DNA from: an uncultured Acidobacteriota bacterium
Lineage (GTDB): Bacteria; Actinomycetota; Acidimicrobiia; Spongiisociales; ZC4RG35
Reading direction: 5' to 3'
Length of the DNA stretch: 64,000 bases
NCBI GenBank assembly: GCA_963828465.1
Contig: CAWHEU010000018.1
Location: forward strand, 128,001 to 192,000
The stretch's first letter is position 1, and each line of letters begins with the position of its first letter. Of this stretch, positions 47,766 to 57,745 are shown piece by piece. Under the pieces are notes generated by a model. It ran no database searches. It was not told where the DNA came from and saw only the letters and a program-made list of their open reading frames with translations. A program made the translations under genes and the position numbers.

Positions 47766-48952
47766 TCGACGACCTCGAGCAATCCTTCCACGATGAGACG
47801 GCGGACCAGCACGATGCGACCGGCTTCGTCGAGATATGGGGCCAATTGCGATACCGGGAGTTGCTCGTGTCGGAGCATGATCTCCACGGCGGGTTCGAGC
47901 CAGGCCGGCATTCTCAACTCCCGGTCACCGAGGAGCACGGACAGCTCACCATCTGCCGACGAAAGGGCGCACATGGCCCCCTCCCGCTTTCGTACGACGG
48001 ACTCGTCTGCGAGATCGTCGAGCGCAAGCAGCTGGTGGATCTGTCCACGTAGGACGGGTTGTCGCGTGGTCAGAAACCGTCGGCGGAGCCGTTCGGTGAT
48101 GATGCCGGCGTCTGCCTTGGCGAGCAGGGCGCCAAGTTCGGTGAGCCGCTCCTCGACGATCTGACCCAAGTCGTTCTTGTCGGCGAACCTGAGGGGCAGA
48201 GGCTCATTGACTATCAGATCCCCGCTGGTGAGCTTCACGGCCTCGTTCAACACCGTCGCCCAGGTGAGGCTGAGGATGCCGACCGTGATGTGGACCGACG
48301 CATCATCCTGCGTGCTGGCGGAATGTGGGAACCCGGCCGGGATGTAGAGCGAGTCACCCGGGCCGATGGCCGAATCGATCAGCGCTGGCCTGGTTGGGGG
48401 CAAGTCGTGCCGCTCGTGAACCTTCCATTGCTTCGTGCCGTGCGATTGCAGGACAAACACGTCGTGCTCATCCTCGTGGGCGTCAAATCCCTGCGATCCG
48501 GGTGGTGTGACATAGGCGTTGGCCTGAACGGGATGCCCCAGAGACTGTTCGAGTTGCCTGCAGAACAGAGCGAGAGGCTCCCAGTAGCGGTGCATGCCCT
48601 GGAAAACCATGGTCGCTCCAGAGCCAAACTCGCTGAACACCGCCCTGGCATCGAGCACGCCAATCGCTACATCGGAGCCGGTCCGGGTCGTCTTCGTGTA
48701 GCTGCCCGAAGGAAGGCTGTCTCCGTCCTTGACCAATCGAAAGGCCGGTAGGCGCAGACCTTGGGAGGAGACGATGCGATCGACGTCGTCCAAAGAGAGG
48801 AGGTCGTCGAACCCCCCACCCCCGTCGGCCCTCCGATACAGGGGTCTCTCACCCCAGAATTCTTGTTCGAATCGTCCCGGATCACCGACGCACCGGCTGA
48901 GGGCGCCGGGATCCGAGGGTTCGATTGGGTCGGACTCGGAATGCAGGGTCAG
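47762..48952 (-). CDS. JmjC/Cupin_4 (ROXA/NO66-like) 2OG-Fe(II) oxygenase
   Basis: QANAYVTPP, GFDAHEDEHDVFVLQ (HxD), GTKQW, YIPAGFPHSA (distal His), SVHITVG, C-terminal LVRRLIVEGLL; frame open upstream of 48793 (FEQEFWGERPL..R) to a CTG overlapping the peptide stop. Confidence 0.9.
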   Translation of the reverse strand: MTLHSESDPIEPSDPGALSRCVGDPGRFEQEFWGERPLYRRADGGGGFDDLLSLDDVDRIVSSQGLRLPAFRLVKDGDSLPSGSYTKTTRTGSDVAIGVLDARAVFSEFGSGATMVFQGMHRYWEPLALFCRQLEQSLGHPVQANAYVTPPGSQGFDAHEDEHDVFVLQSHGTKQWKVHERHDLPPTRPALIDSAIGPGDSLYIPAGFPHSASTQDDASVHITVGILSLTWATVLNEAVKLTSGDLIVNEPLPLRFADKNDLGQIVEERLTELGALLAKADAGIITERLRRRFLTTRQPVLRGQIHQLLALDDLADESVVRKREGAMCALSSADGELSVLLGDRELRMPAWLEPAVEIMLRHEQLPVSQLAPYLDEAGRIVLVRRLIVEGLLEVVE

Positions 48953-49176
48953 CTGTCCCGGGAGTCGGTGTCGGTTGTGTCGACACCATCCGTGTCCGTC
49001 GTGTCTACCCCGTCGGTGTCGGTGGAGTCGACTCCGTCGCTATCTGTCGAGTCGACGCCGTCCGAGTCTTGATCCGTCGAATCGCTGTCCCGCGTGGTCG
49101 CCGTCGGTCCCGCAGGAACGACCGTACGGATGTCTTCGTCGCTCAGGGTCCCGGGAGTGGTCTCACTCTCGCTCAT
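48949..49176 (-). CDS. 75-aa Asp/Thr/Ser-rich repeat peptide, putative RiPP-like precursor
   Basis: SD GAGGAG 8 nt before ATG; leader containing LSDEDI; core DSDSTDQ-(DSDGVDST)2-(DTDGVDTT)2-DTDSRDS; repeats diverge mainly at synonymous sites. Confidence 0.82.
   Translation of the reverse strand: MSESETTPGTLSDEDIRTVVPAGPTATTRDSDSTDQDSDGVDSTDSDGVDSTDTDGVDTTDTDGVDTTDTDSRDS
48973..49068 (-). repeat. Four imperfect 24-bp tandem repeats encoding D-[ST]-D-G-V-D-[ST]-T
   Basis: gactcggacggcgtcgactcgaca / gatagcgacggagtcgactccacc / gacaccgacggggtagacacgacg / gacacggatggtgtcgacacaacc (minus strand). Confidence 0.9.
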
Positions 49177-49247
49177 GTCGTCTCTCCTCGATCGAGGGCG
49201 TTCAAGCCCGAAGGTACAGGCGGATACCTACCCGGAATCAACCGGAT

Positions 49248-49610
49248 CTACGCAGACGCCTCGACGGCAGCGTTGTCACTCGTCGCCAGCACGAGCTGCC
49301 CGTCGCAGGAGATGTAGACCACCTCGATGTTGGCGCCGGCATTTGCCACGCGTCGACCGATCTCGCCCATCTCGCCGGGGCGGTTCTCGAAGGCGACTTT
49401 CACGACTTCATTGTCGGCGCCAACCTGGATACCCGCTTCGGTGAGGGCCGACCTCGCCGCGGCGGCGTCCTCGACGAGGATGTGCACCTCGCCGGACCCG
49501 GCCGTGCCCGAAATGCCGTCGATGTTCACGCCGGCACGTCCCAGTGCATCGCCCATATCGGCCAGAGCGCCAGGGCGGTCCTCCAATGTGACTGTCAGAT
49601 CGCGTGCCAT
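49248..49610 (-). CDS. Tandem ACT-domain protein
   Basis: LEDRPGALA...AGVNI and FENRPGEMG...AGANIEVVY. Confidence 0.9.
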   Translation of the reverse strand: MARDLTVTLEDRPGALADMGDALGRAGVNIDGISGTAGSGEVHILVEDAAAARSALTEAGIQVGADNEVVKVAFENRPGEMGEIGRRVANAGANIEVVYISCDGQLVLATSDNAAVEASA

Positions 49611-49667
49611 GAGTGCTCCTTTCTGACGGTCGAAACCTACGCCGATGGGTTGGTCTACGGTTGGAGG

Positions 49668-50057
49668 ATGGCTACGTGGGACGACGTCCGCCGAATCGCA
49701 CTCGATCTCCCGGAGACGTCGGAGCGTACGAATCAGGGAGTGCTGCAATGGCGGGTCAAGGAGAAGCCATTGACCTGGGAGCGTCCCCTACGTCGGGCGG
49801 ACTACCAGGCGCTGGGGGATTCGGCTCCGGAAGGACCGATCGTCGCAGTCTGGGTCGATGACGTGGGGGTCAAGGAGGCGCTCCTTTCCGAAGACCCCGA
49901 CGTGTTCTTCACGACACCCCATTTCGACGACTACGCCATCGTCCTGATCCGTCTCGAGGAGATTTCGGTGTCTGAGCTCGAAGAGCTGATCATCGAGGCC
50001 TGGCTCGACCGCGCCCCGAAACGATTGGTCAGCGAGTACCTGAAAGTGTCTGAGTGA
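49668..50057 (+). CDS. MmcQ/YjbR family protein
   Basis: MATWDDVRRIALDLPET, WERPLR, FFTTPHFDDY, EAWLDRAPKRL. Confidence 0.88.
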   Translation: MATWDDVRRIALDLPETSERTNQGVLQWRVKEKPLTWERPLRRADYQALGDSAPEGPIVAVWVDDVGVKEALLSEDPDVFFTTPHFDDYAIVLIRLEEISVSELEELIIEAWLDRAPKRLVSEYLKVSE

Positions 50058-50061
50058 CTGG

Positions 50062-50610
50062 TTAGCTAGAGATCCGACCGAGGAACCAAGCCACGCCATC
50101 GCCCTCGTAGTCCGCCAGAATCTCGAGTTCGGCGAAGGCTTCCCGTAGCTCTCTGGGCCCTGCGTGGAAGCGACCAGGCTCGCCACCGACTTCGCTGAGA
50201 CTGGCGATGGCGAGCAGTCCACGGGGCGCCAGCCGCTCGATCAATTCTCGATCCAGCCGTGGCTCCCGATACATATGGCACACCACTAGATCCATCCGCG
50301 GCCCCGGAGGCAAACCCTCATCCAAATCCCAGACCTCGAACCGACACTGATCGGCAACACCGCTGCGTTGCGCCAGCTCGCGGGCGAATTCGATGGCGAT
50401 CGGCGAGACATCGACACCGAGCACATCCAGACCCCGAAGGGCCAGCCAGATCGACAGCTCGCCACGGCCGGAGGCGATTTCTAGGGCGCTGCCTTCGACC
50501 GGGAACAGATCCTCGATCACAGCGAACACAGATGGCGGACCCGGGTCACCGGAAGCAGGACCCGCCTCGGCGTGCCGCTCGTCCCAACGTCGGCGGTCAG
50601 CTTCACTCAC
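50062..50610 (-). CDS. Class I SAM-dependent methyltransferase (TehB-like)
   Basis: DRRRWDERH, ALEIASGRG, GVDVS, WDLD, LAPRGLL; GTG start at 50610. Confidence 0.85.
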   Translation of the reverse strand: MSEADRRRWDERHAEAGPASGDPGPPSVFAVIEDLFPVEGSALEIASGRGELSIWLALRGLDVLGVDVSPIAIEFARELAQRSGVADQCRFEVWDLDEGLPPGPRMDLVVCHMYREPRLDRELIERLAPRGLLAIASLSEVGGEPGRFHAGPRELREAFAELEILADYEGDGVAWFLGRISS

Positions 50611-50622
50611 GGCTGGCACAAT

Positions 50623-51018
50623 ATGGCCTTGGCCGATTCCGATCCGGTTTCCCTGATTCGTCCCGATGATCGAGTCGATGGTGACCAAACACCAGGAATG
50701 ATTCGCGAGCAAGCGCTGGTTACTGGCGACATGTGGGCGGGTTTGGTGAGGACCGAGCCGCACATGGTTTCCGGATGGCACCACCACGGCGACCATGAGA
50801 CCTCGATCTACGTGATCTCGGGTGCATTACGAATGGAATCCGGTCCTGAAGGTGAGTCAATAGTCGAAGCCGCTCCAGGCGACTTCCTCTACGTCCCCAA
50901 GGGAGCGGTTCACCGTGAGGCCAACCCCGGGGACGAGGAGAGCCAGATCGTCGTGGTCCGGGTCGGGCACGGGCCCACTGTCATCAATGTGACGACTCCC
51001 GCGAGCCGTCAAGCCTGA
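50623..51018 (+). CDS. Cupin_2 domain protein
   Basis: SGWHHHGDHETSIYV, PGDFLYVPKGAVHRE. Confidence 0.88.
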   Translation: MALADSDPVSLIRPDDRVDGDQTPGMIREQALVTGDMWAGLVRTEPHMVSGWHHHGDHETSIYVISGALRMESGPEGESIVEAAPGDFLYVPKGAVHREANPGDEESQIVVVRVGHGPTVINVTTPASRQA

Positions 51019-51719
51019 AATTCCACGTGGCTTGGTGAGAGCGAGCCCGAACGGATGACTGCATTGGGCTGGTACTCCCCGAGAAGGTCGAGCAGATCCT
51101 GAGTGGCTCCCGCAACATCTGCTTCGGCATCGGGATGTTGTCCTTCGACTGTGATCAATACCTCGACTGTGGTGGCACGGGCGGCGCTTTGGTCGCTCTG
51201 TCTCCAACACCACCGACGTGCGCTGACCAATCCCGCCTCGTCGACAAAGACAACTTCACCCGGCTCCGGGTTCGTCGGCAAATCGCTCCCGAGATCCGTG
51301 AATTGCTCCTGTCCTTCGGCGAATCGAACCGTCGTGAAGCCAGTTGCCACCGCTTGATCGAACACTGCGACCGGCATCCGCCATCGGATGCTCACCATGT
51401 TGGCCAGGTCTACCAACGGGTTGATCGCCGGGATATCACCTTGCTTGGTCAGACGTCGGAGAAGCGCCTCGGCTGCGCTGCGGTATTGGGTGGGTTTGAC
51501 TCCAAACCCACTGAAGGTCGCTCGCCATGCCTTCAGGCTGGGGATCTCGGATAGAGGCATATCACCGATCGCGTCCCTCGCCTGCGCCTGCTCCGCCCGA
51601 TAACGCTGGTCGAGTGATGACGGTGAGATCGTGTTCTCGAGTCCACGGGCGTGGATAACGCCACCACGGGTCGCGGGAAATGCGGAGATGACGTCGTCGG
51701 AATAGCGGAACCCGACCAT
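51009..51719 (-). CDS. Stand-alone B3/4 (PheRS-beta editing-like) domain protein
   Basis: AWRATF..FGVKPTQYRSAAEALLRR, INPLVDLAN, PGEVVFVD, RRWCWRQ. Confidence 0.9.
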   Translation of the reverse strand: MVGFRYSDDVISAFPATRGGVIHARGLENTISPSSLDQRYRAEQAQARDAIGDMPLSEIPSLKAWRATFSGFGVKPTQYRSAAEALLRRLTKQGDIPAINPLVDLANMVSIRWRMPVAVFDQAVATGFTTVRFAEGQEQFTDLGSDLPTNPEPGEVVFVDEAGLVSARRWCWRQSDQSAARATTVEVLITVEGQHPDAEADVAGATQDLLDLLGEYQPNAVIRSGSLSPSHVEFQA

Positions 51720-51800
51720 TCCCCTCAGTCTGACATCAGCGTCAACGGACCGATTGTTCCAGGGCCCTGTTGATGTCGCCTTCATTGCCGGTCAAGGTGC

Positions 51801-54800
51801 TCAGCCCTGTCTGATCTCCTCCAGCGTCGGGCAGGGATCGATGTGATAGGTGGTGCACTCGGTGTCGGTGAACCCTCGAGTGACTCTTGATCGGGCGATG
51901 CCGAGCAGCTCTTCGGTGTCGCTGGTGACCTTCCGCAGTTCGCCGGTTTCCAGGGCGGTGACCAGCAGGTGCTGGGTGTCGCCCACGAAGTCGACTCCGC
52001 CCACGTCACCGGTCGGTGACACCGGGATTTGATGGAGCAACGACCTGGTGGCGACGTCCCAAACTCGGACGAACCCGTCGACCCCGGCCGAAGCGAGCAG
52101 GCTCCCGTCCTGGTTCAGGGCGAGATCGTTCACCCCTCCCTGGTGTGCAATGGTTATCTGATCGAGGTGCTCCAGGGTGGTCCCGTCCATGAACACGATG
52201 TCCCCCGGTCCGAAACTGGCGTAGAGCGGCGCCGATCAGAGTCTCACCATCTGGGGTGAAGGTGAGATTGTCAAACGGGAACCTCGCCCGTAGTCGGGGT
52301 CAGGTACTGGGCGACCTCGCGCCAATCGTCCGTGGAGAACATCCACAGCTCCGGACCAAAGGAAGCAGCAAGCCGGTCGCCGGTCGGGCTGAAGACTGCA
52401 TTCAGGACCCAGTTGGGGTCGATTGTCGTGCGGCACGGTCGGCGTGGCGATGATCTCGCCGCTCGAGGTGTCCCACACCACCACCGCCGGCGTGTTCTGA
52501 CCACTCATGGCCAGCATCGAGCCGTCGGGCGAGAAGACCAGGTCCCAGGGCCAATCGGGGAACGGGGTGTCGGGGAAGGAGACACAATCATGCCCATCGC
52601 TATCGGGTCCCCACGGGCCGCCATCAACCCATGCGCAGAGCCCGTCCATGAACCGCACAATCTCCCCGCTCGTGAAGTGGCCGGAGGACGATCGGGCCGA
52701 TGCGAGATAGTACCTTGCCTCACCTGTATGAAGGCATGGCCGGTCTGACTGGCCACGAATCGGCCATCAGGGGATAGTGCGCTCCGCCGACCACTCTGGT
52801 CAGTCACGATCGCCCTCATCTCGAGTGTTTCGGCGTCGAGCAGGTACTGCGGCTGCGCCTCAGAGGACAATCGGCGAAGACGGAGGCAATCCCACCGGCA
52901 ACGTCCACGAAACCGCTTTGGATGAAGATCTGGTCGCACAGCTTCACCGCTGGGCCGAGCTCTCCTCCATGGGCAAGATCGAATATAACTGTCTTCTCAT
53001 CTCCGTTGACCGCATATCGCAGTCCATCGTCGCTGGTCGACACCTCGCCGTTGGAGCCGAGACCGGTGCGAAGTACCCGTTCGACCTCGCCGGTCCGTGA
53101 ATCGATCAGGTCGACGGTGGGTCCGTTCACGCTTGCCACGGTGCTCCCATCCGGCGACAGCCGGGAACTTATATAGAAGTCCATTGTCGCCAGCGGCTCC
53201 TCTGGTTGACCGGCGGAGACATCCCAGGTAGCGACCCCTCCGTCTTCGATGTAATCGGTGAGGACGACAGTCCCGTCTGCGCTGATTCCGGCTAGGGATC
53301 CGGGCAACACCGCCACCTCATCTCCCGACGGTCTATCCACGACGCGGCTTGTCGATTCCTCGTCGCTGTCCACGCCTTCGATGAGCAGCCGGCTCCCATC
53401 GGGAGTGGAATGCACGCCCCTGTCTTCTTCAGCCAGCACTTCGATCTCGCCGGTGGCGAGGTCGACAAAGGACATCGAGCCAGCGAGCGTGTCGACGTAC
53501 GTACAGTCTGAGTCGCTGGAGATATCGGCCAACAGATGCGACCCGGCTCCGGGACCGACGACACGCAAGCCTTCGTATCCCAGCCCGCAGGGCTGGATTG
53601 GCAGGTAGTCGATCGGGGCACCCGTCCTGGCGTCGAATCGATGGACTCCCAGCTCCCCGTTCAGTGCCGGATCAATGGATGACTTGTCGGGACCAAACCA
53701 TCCGACGGTCGCCACCACACCGGAGCCATCGGAACTGAAGGCGGTGCCCGCGATCGCTCCCTCGGCGAACTCCCTGCTCCAGAGCCTCTCGCCGGTATCC
53801 ACCTCCACCACCTCGATGTAGTTCCCTCCCCCACTCGTCGCCAAGAGCAATCCGTCCGGGCTGAGCGTGGCAAATGGTTCCAATCCTTCCAGGTTGGTGG
53901 GCAACTGGTAAGTGAGGATCTTTTGATGCGCCAGCCAACGACTCGTGAATGGCGGAGACCGACTCAATGGGAGGGTCAGCGACACCGGCCGCCTGCAGAG
54001 CGAGAAGAACACTGAGCTCGGGGTCCTCGTCTAGAACACTGATAGCGGAGGCAGCAAGTTCTCTCGACGCTGCGATCTCGGCATTGCGAGTGGCACTGAA
54101 TGCAAAGACCCCTGCGATCACCGCGGCGGCTCCAAAACCGGCGGTGATCAGGTTCCGTCTCCCGCGGCGGCGACGCCCGCGCGCGATCCGCCTCTTCACG
54201 ACTAGTGCTGACGAAATCGATCTCGGAGGGGGCCAACGTGAGGTCGGTGGAGCCCGCCCAGGCGTCGAACTGGGCCAGCCGGCCACCTGTGAGAAGGTAT
54301 GCGGCCTCGCGATCACGGTCCTCCCATTCGGCCAGCCCATCTCGCAGACGACCGTGAAGAAGCAGATCCTCACCCGCCTCGTCGAGCCACCCGAGCCAGG
54401 CGCGGCCAGCTGGTCAGTAGCGCCTCATGGGCCACCTCGGCGGTGGGACTGCGGCTGATCGGGTCCCGGTCGAACACGAGCAACCTCGCATCGCCGAAGG
54501 TGGCGAGGACGGTTCCCACCTCTCCCGGATCTCCAAGTGCGTTCAACTCGACGAGTCGAGCCCGTCGTCGGGTGGCCTCCCCGGCTGATCGAACGGTGAC
54601 CAGCCGCAGGAACAACTGCCTGCGCCAGGGCCTGATGTGATGGGTCGAGTCTGGCGAACGCCTCCTCGGCCCTGCCGGCCAACGCGCCGAGAACCCCGCC
54701 GTTCTGCAGATAGACCTGGTGGGTCAGTTCGTGGCCAGTTCGCGCCGCGAACAGCTCGGTGAGGGCATATTGGAGGAGAGGCAGGGTCCCGGGGGAACCT

Positions 54801-57516
54801 GAAACGTCAGCGAGGATCTGCTCGGGGAGACCCGGTTCCCAGGACGCGCCCACTACTTCTGCAGGCCGTTTGATCGCATCGATCAGCTCGTCATCGGTGG
54901 GGACGGTGAGGGGAACGATCCCTTGTTTGAGCAATTCGCCGAAATCCGGGTACTGCAAAGGGCCGGTCGAAGAAATCCGCTCGCAACGTGAGCACGACCC
55001 TCGTATCGGAGCGCTCGTCGTTGGCAAGGTTGACCAGAGGCGGAGAGCAGGCGGTTCCTCGCCACCTCGTCATGGGTGAGAGTGAACAACTCTTCGAATT
55101 GGTCGATAACCAGGAGCAGCCTCGTGTCGGTGGGGAGGATCCGCTTGATGACACGGCCGAGACCACGGTCGTCGTTCTCCAGCTCGTCCATCAGGGCCCC
55201 CGGATCCTCCACCGCCACGCGGTCTCAACGCAGACTCGAGCTCCTCGAGCGGATAGGACCCGGGGAACATGTCGGCGACGACCCAGTTCGTATGCGCCAT
55301 CGAGGGCTCCGGCACGAACCGCCGGGATCAACCCGGCATGGACCAACGACGACTTGCCGGATCCGGACGGTCCGACGACCACGATCAGCTTCAGGTCGGT
55401 CAACAGCCCAACCAACTCGGACACTGCCTCAGAGCGTCCGAAGAAGTCTTCCGTGTCCGCCTCCTGGAACGCGGACAGTCCCTTGTAAGGGTTGCGCAGC
55501 GGCGTCAGGGCCGGCTCTGGCACATCGAGCCCGATGGCACCAGCCACGGCCGAGATGAGCTCGTCGATGGATGGGTAGCGGTCGGCCGGCAGATCGGCAG
55601 TCGCCTGTTCGATCACCTCGCCCAGAGGGCCTTCGGTCCCGAGGATGTCGGCGATGAGACGACCCAAGCCGTAGACATCTGTGGCAGGTGTGAGCGGCCT
55701 CTCCATCCGCACACTCCGGAGCCAGATAGGCCGAATGGGCCTGAGGAGCCCCGGTAAGGCGGACGACAAGGCGGGTGGTGGACAAATAGCCGTTTCCCGA
55801 CGCATCGAGGTTGACAGCACGGGGTGAGATCGCACCATGGACGATGCCCTCCTGATGGGCATAGGAGAGGGCGCTTCCCAGCTGGGTGATGAGGCGGCGT
55901 CCCTGTTCGAGGTCTAGATGGCCGCGGGCGAGCTTGTCGGCCAGAGTGCCGCCTCCAAGCCACATCGTCACCAGATAGGCGCCTCCAGGATCACGCCAGT
56001 GATCGAGCAGCGGCAGCACATGTGGATGCTGCAATCGGCCGATGTGTTGGGTCTCCACTTCGAATCGGCTAACGAACCCGGTCTCCCCGGCCCACGCCGG
56101 GTCGATCACCGTCATCTCCACCTCCCTCCCTGCCGAGGGCTGGTAGGCGCGGTAAGTGGTGCCGGCCAGATCGGAAATGATCGGCTCGCGTAACTCGTAT
56201 CCGGCTACGGCCCGGCGATCGGTGGGCAGAGGAGGCGGATTCGCATCGAGCAGCAGCGGCGGGAACTCGCCGTCATGTCCGGCTAGGACCACCTGGAATA
56301 TCGGTTGTGAAGCCTCAACGCCGTGAACTCGATGCGTGCCGAGCGATCTCACCAAAGACCCGGAAGCCCCCGTTGCCGACAACGCCTGGTTGGCCTCAGC
56401 CGAGAGCAATACCTGGCCCGGATGGGCGGCGGCCACGAGCCCCGCAGCGCGACGAACCGGGGGGCCGGCCACCTCTCCAGAGTCGTGGAGCTCGATGTCG
56501 CCGTAGTCGATCGAGGCCCTCGGCAGGATGCCGGCCTTGCCGACTGTCGGCATCACATCCGCAATGGCGACAACGGCCTCATCCACCTTGGCGAACGACG
56601 CGTAGACCGCCGAGCCACGCTGGCTGGAGCCTTCGCCGCCGTTTCTCTCGATGGTTTCGTCGATGAGAGCCAACGCCTCAGTGATGGCCTGTAGCTCGCT
56701 CTCGGCCATGCGAGCCGAACCATCTGCCCCGGCCACCTCGACCACCAGGACTGCTCGCTGAGTGACGGAGGGTGCCGCGGGGAGGTCGAGGTCCGGGTCC
56801 TGCTCAAGGATCCTCTGCTCGAGATCGGCCAACTCCTTCGATGGGGTGATTCCGATCTCGTCGGCGAGGTAGGAACGGGTCCGCTCGAATCCTCGAAGCG
56901 CCTCGGTCTGGCGTCCGCAGCGATACAAGGCCAGCATGTGCTGGGCTCTGAACTTCTCTCGAAGGGGGTGCTCGACGGTCAATGCCTCGAGCTCCCCGGT
57001 GAGCTCACGATGCCTGCCCAGGGCGAGATCGGCGTCGATGCGGGCTTCCAGAGCGGCAAGCCGAAGCTCGCGGAGACGTGTTATCTCGGGCTCGAGGATG
57101 GCGCGGCTGTCGATGTCGGAATAGGGGTGGCCCCGCCACATGGCCAGGGCGTCTCGGAGTGCCGTTGCCGCCTGTTCCGGATCGGTCTCGACCATCGGGA
57201 GCGCCGATCGAACCTCGTTCTCGAACCTGACGGCGTCGATCGCCTCGGCCTCGACCGTGAGCACGTAGCCGCCGGCCGCCTGTTGGACGATGTCGCCGAG
57301 CTCTCGACGAATCATGGAAACGAGGGTCTGGACCGAGCGACGAGCTCCCTCTGGAGCGTCCTCCCCGTAGACGTCCTCGATGATCCGGTCGACGCTGACC
57401 GGGTGGCCCACCTCGGCAACGAGCAACGCCAGGATGCTGCGTTGCTTGGGACCTCCGATCGACACCGGTTCGCCCTGGTTCCGCACCTCGACGGGACCAA
57501 GGACAAGCAAGTCCAC
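51801..57516 (-). pseudogene. Giant SARP regulator: OmpR-type wHTH + BTAD + cyclase-like + kinase-like + nSTAND1 NTPase + TM + WD40-like repeats; broken by at least ten frameshifts
   Basis: VLGPVEV..GGPKQRSILALL, ALAMWRG, HPLRE, LALYRCGRQTEAL; RNPYKGL..F...D...FFGR, GPSGSGKSS, LVIDQFEELFT, LTLRADF, LPLLQYALTELF, LFLRLV, AHEALL; SPDG repeats; terminal RGFTDTECTTY. Pieces lie in successive frames; may be intact in vivo. Confidence 0.85.
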
Positions 57517-57600
57517 CCCCGAACGATACGCCAGAGGTTCAAGACCCGAGCGTTCAAACCAGTCGACGAATCCGTCACAACCAAACCCTCGTTCCAGCGT

Positions 57601-57620
57601 GTCAAAGACCAGTCAAAGAC
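57601..57620. promoter_or_regulatory. 11-bp-phased direct repeat GTCAAAGAC, candidate SARP operator
   Basis: gtcaaagac at 57601 and 57612 in the divergent intergenic region; inverted ctttgac at 57635. Confidence 0.5.
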
Positions 57621-57745
57621 ATCAGATGACACGGCTTTGACATGGCGTGGCCGTTTCAAGGCACGTTCTTGACCTCGCCATCCGAAGGTCGGGGAAGGTC
57701 TCACCGAACGCCGGTGGGGCCAGCCGACGAAAGGAAGGCGAGCAG

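Noticed and set aside
48973-49068. 24-bp repeats as a CRISPR array or non-coding VNTR
   Set aside because: No spacers; variation is concentrated at synonymous positions of the minus-strand frame, so they are coding repeats.
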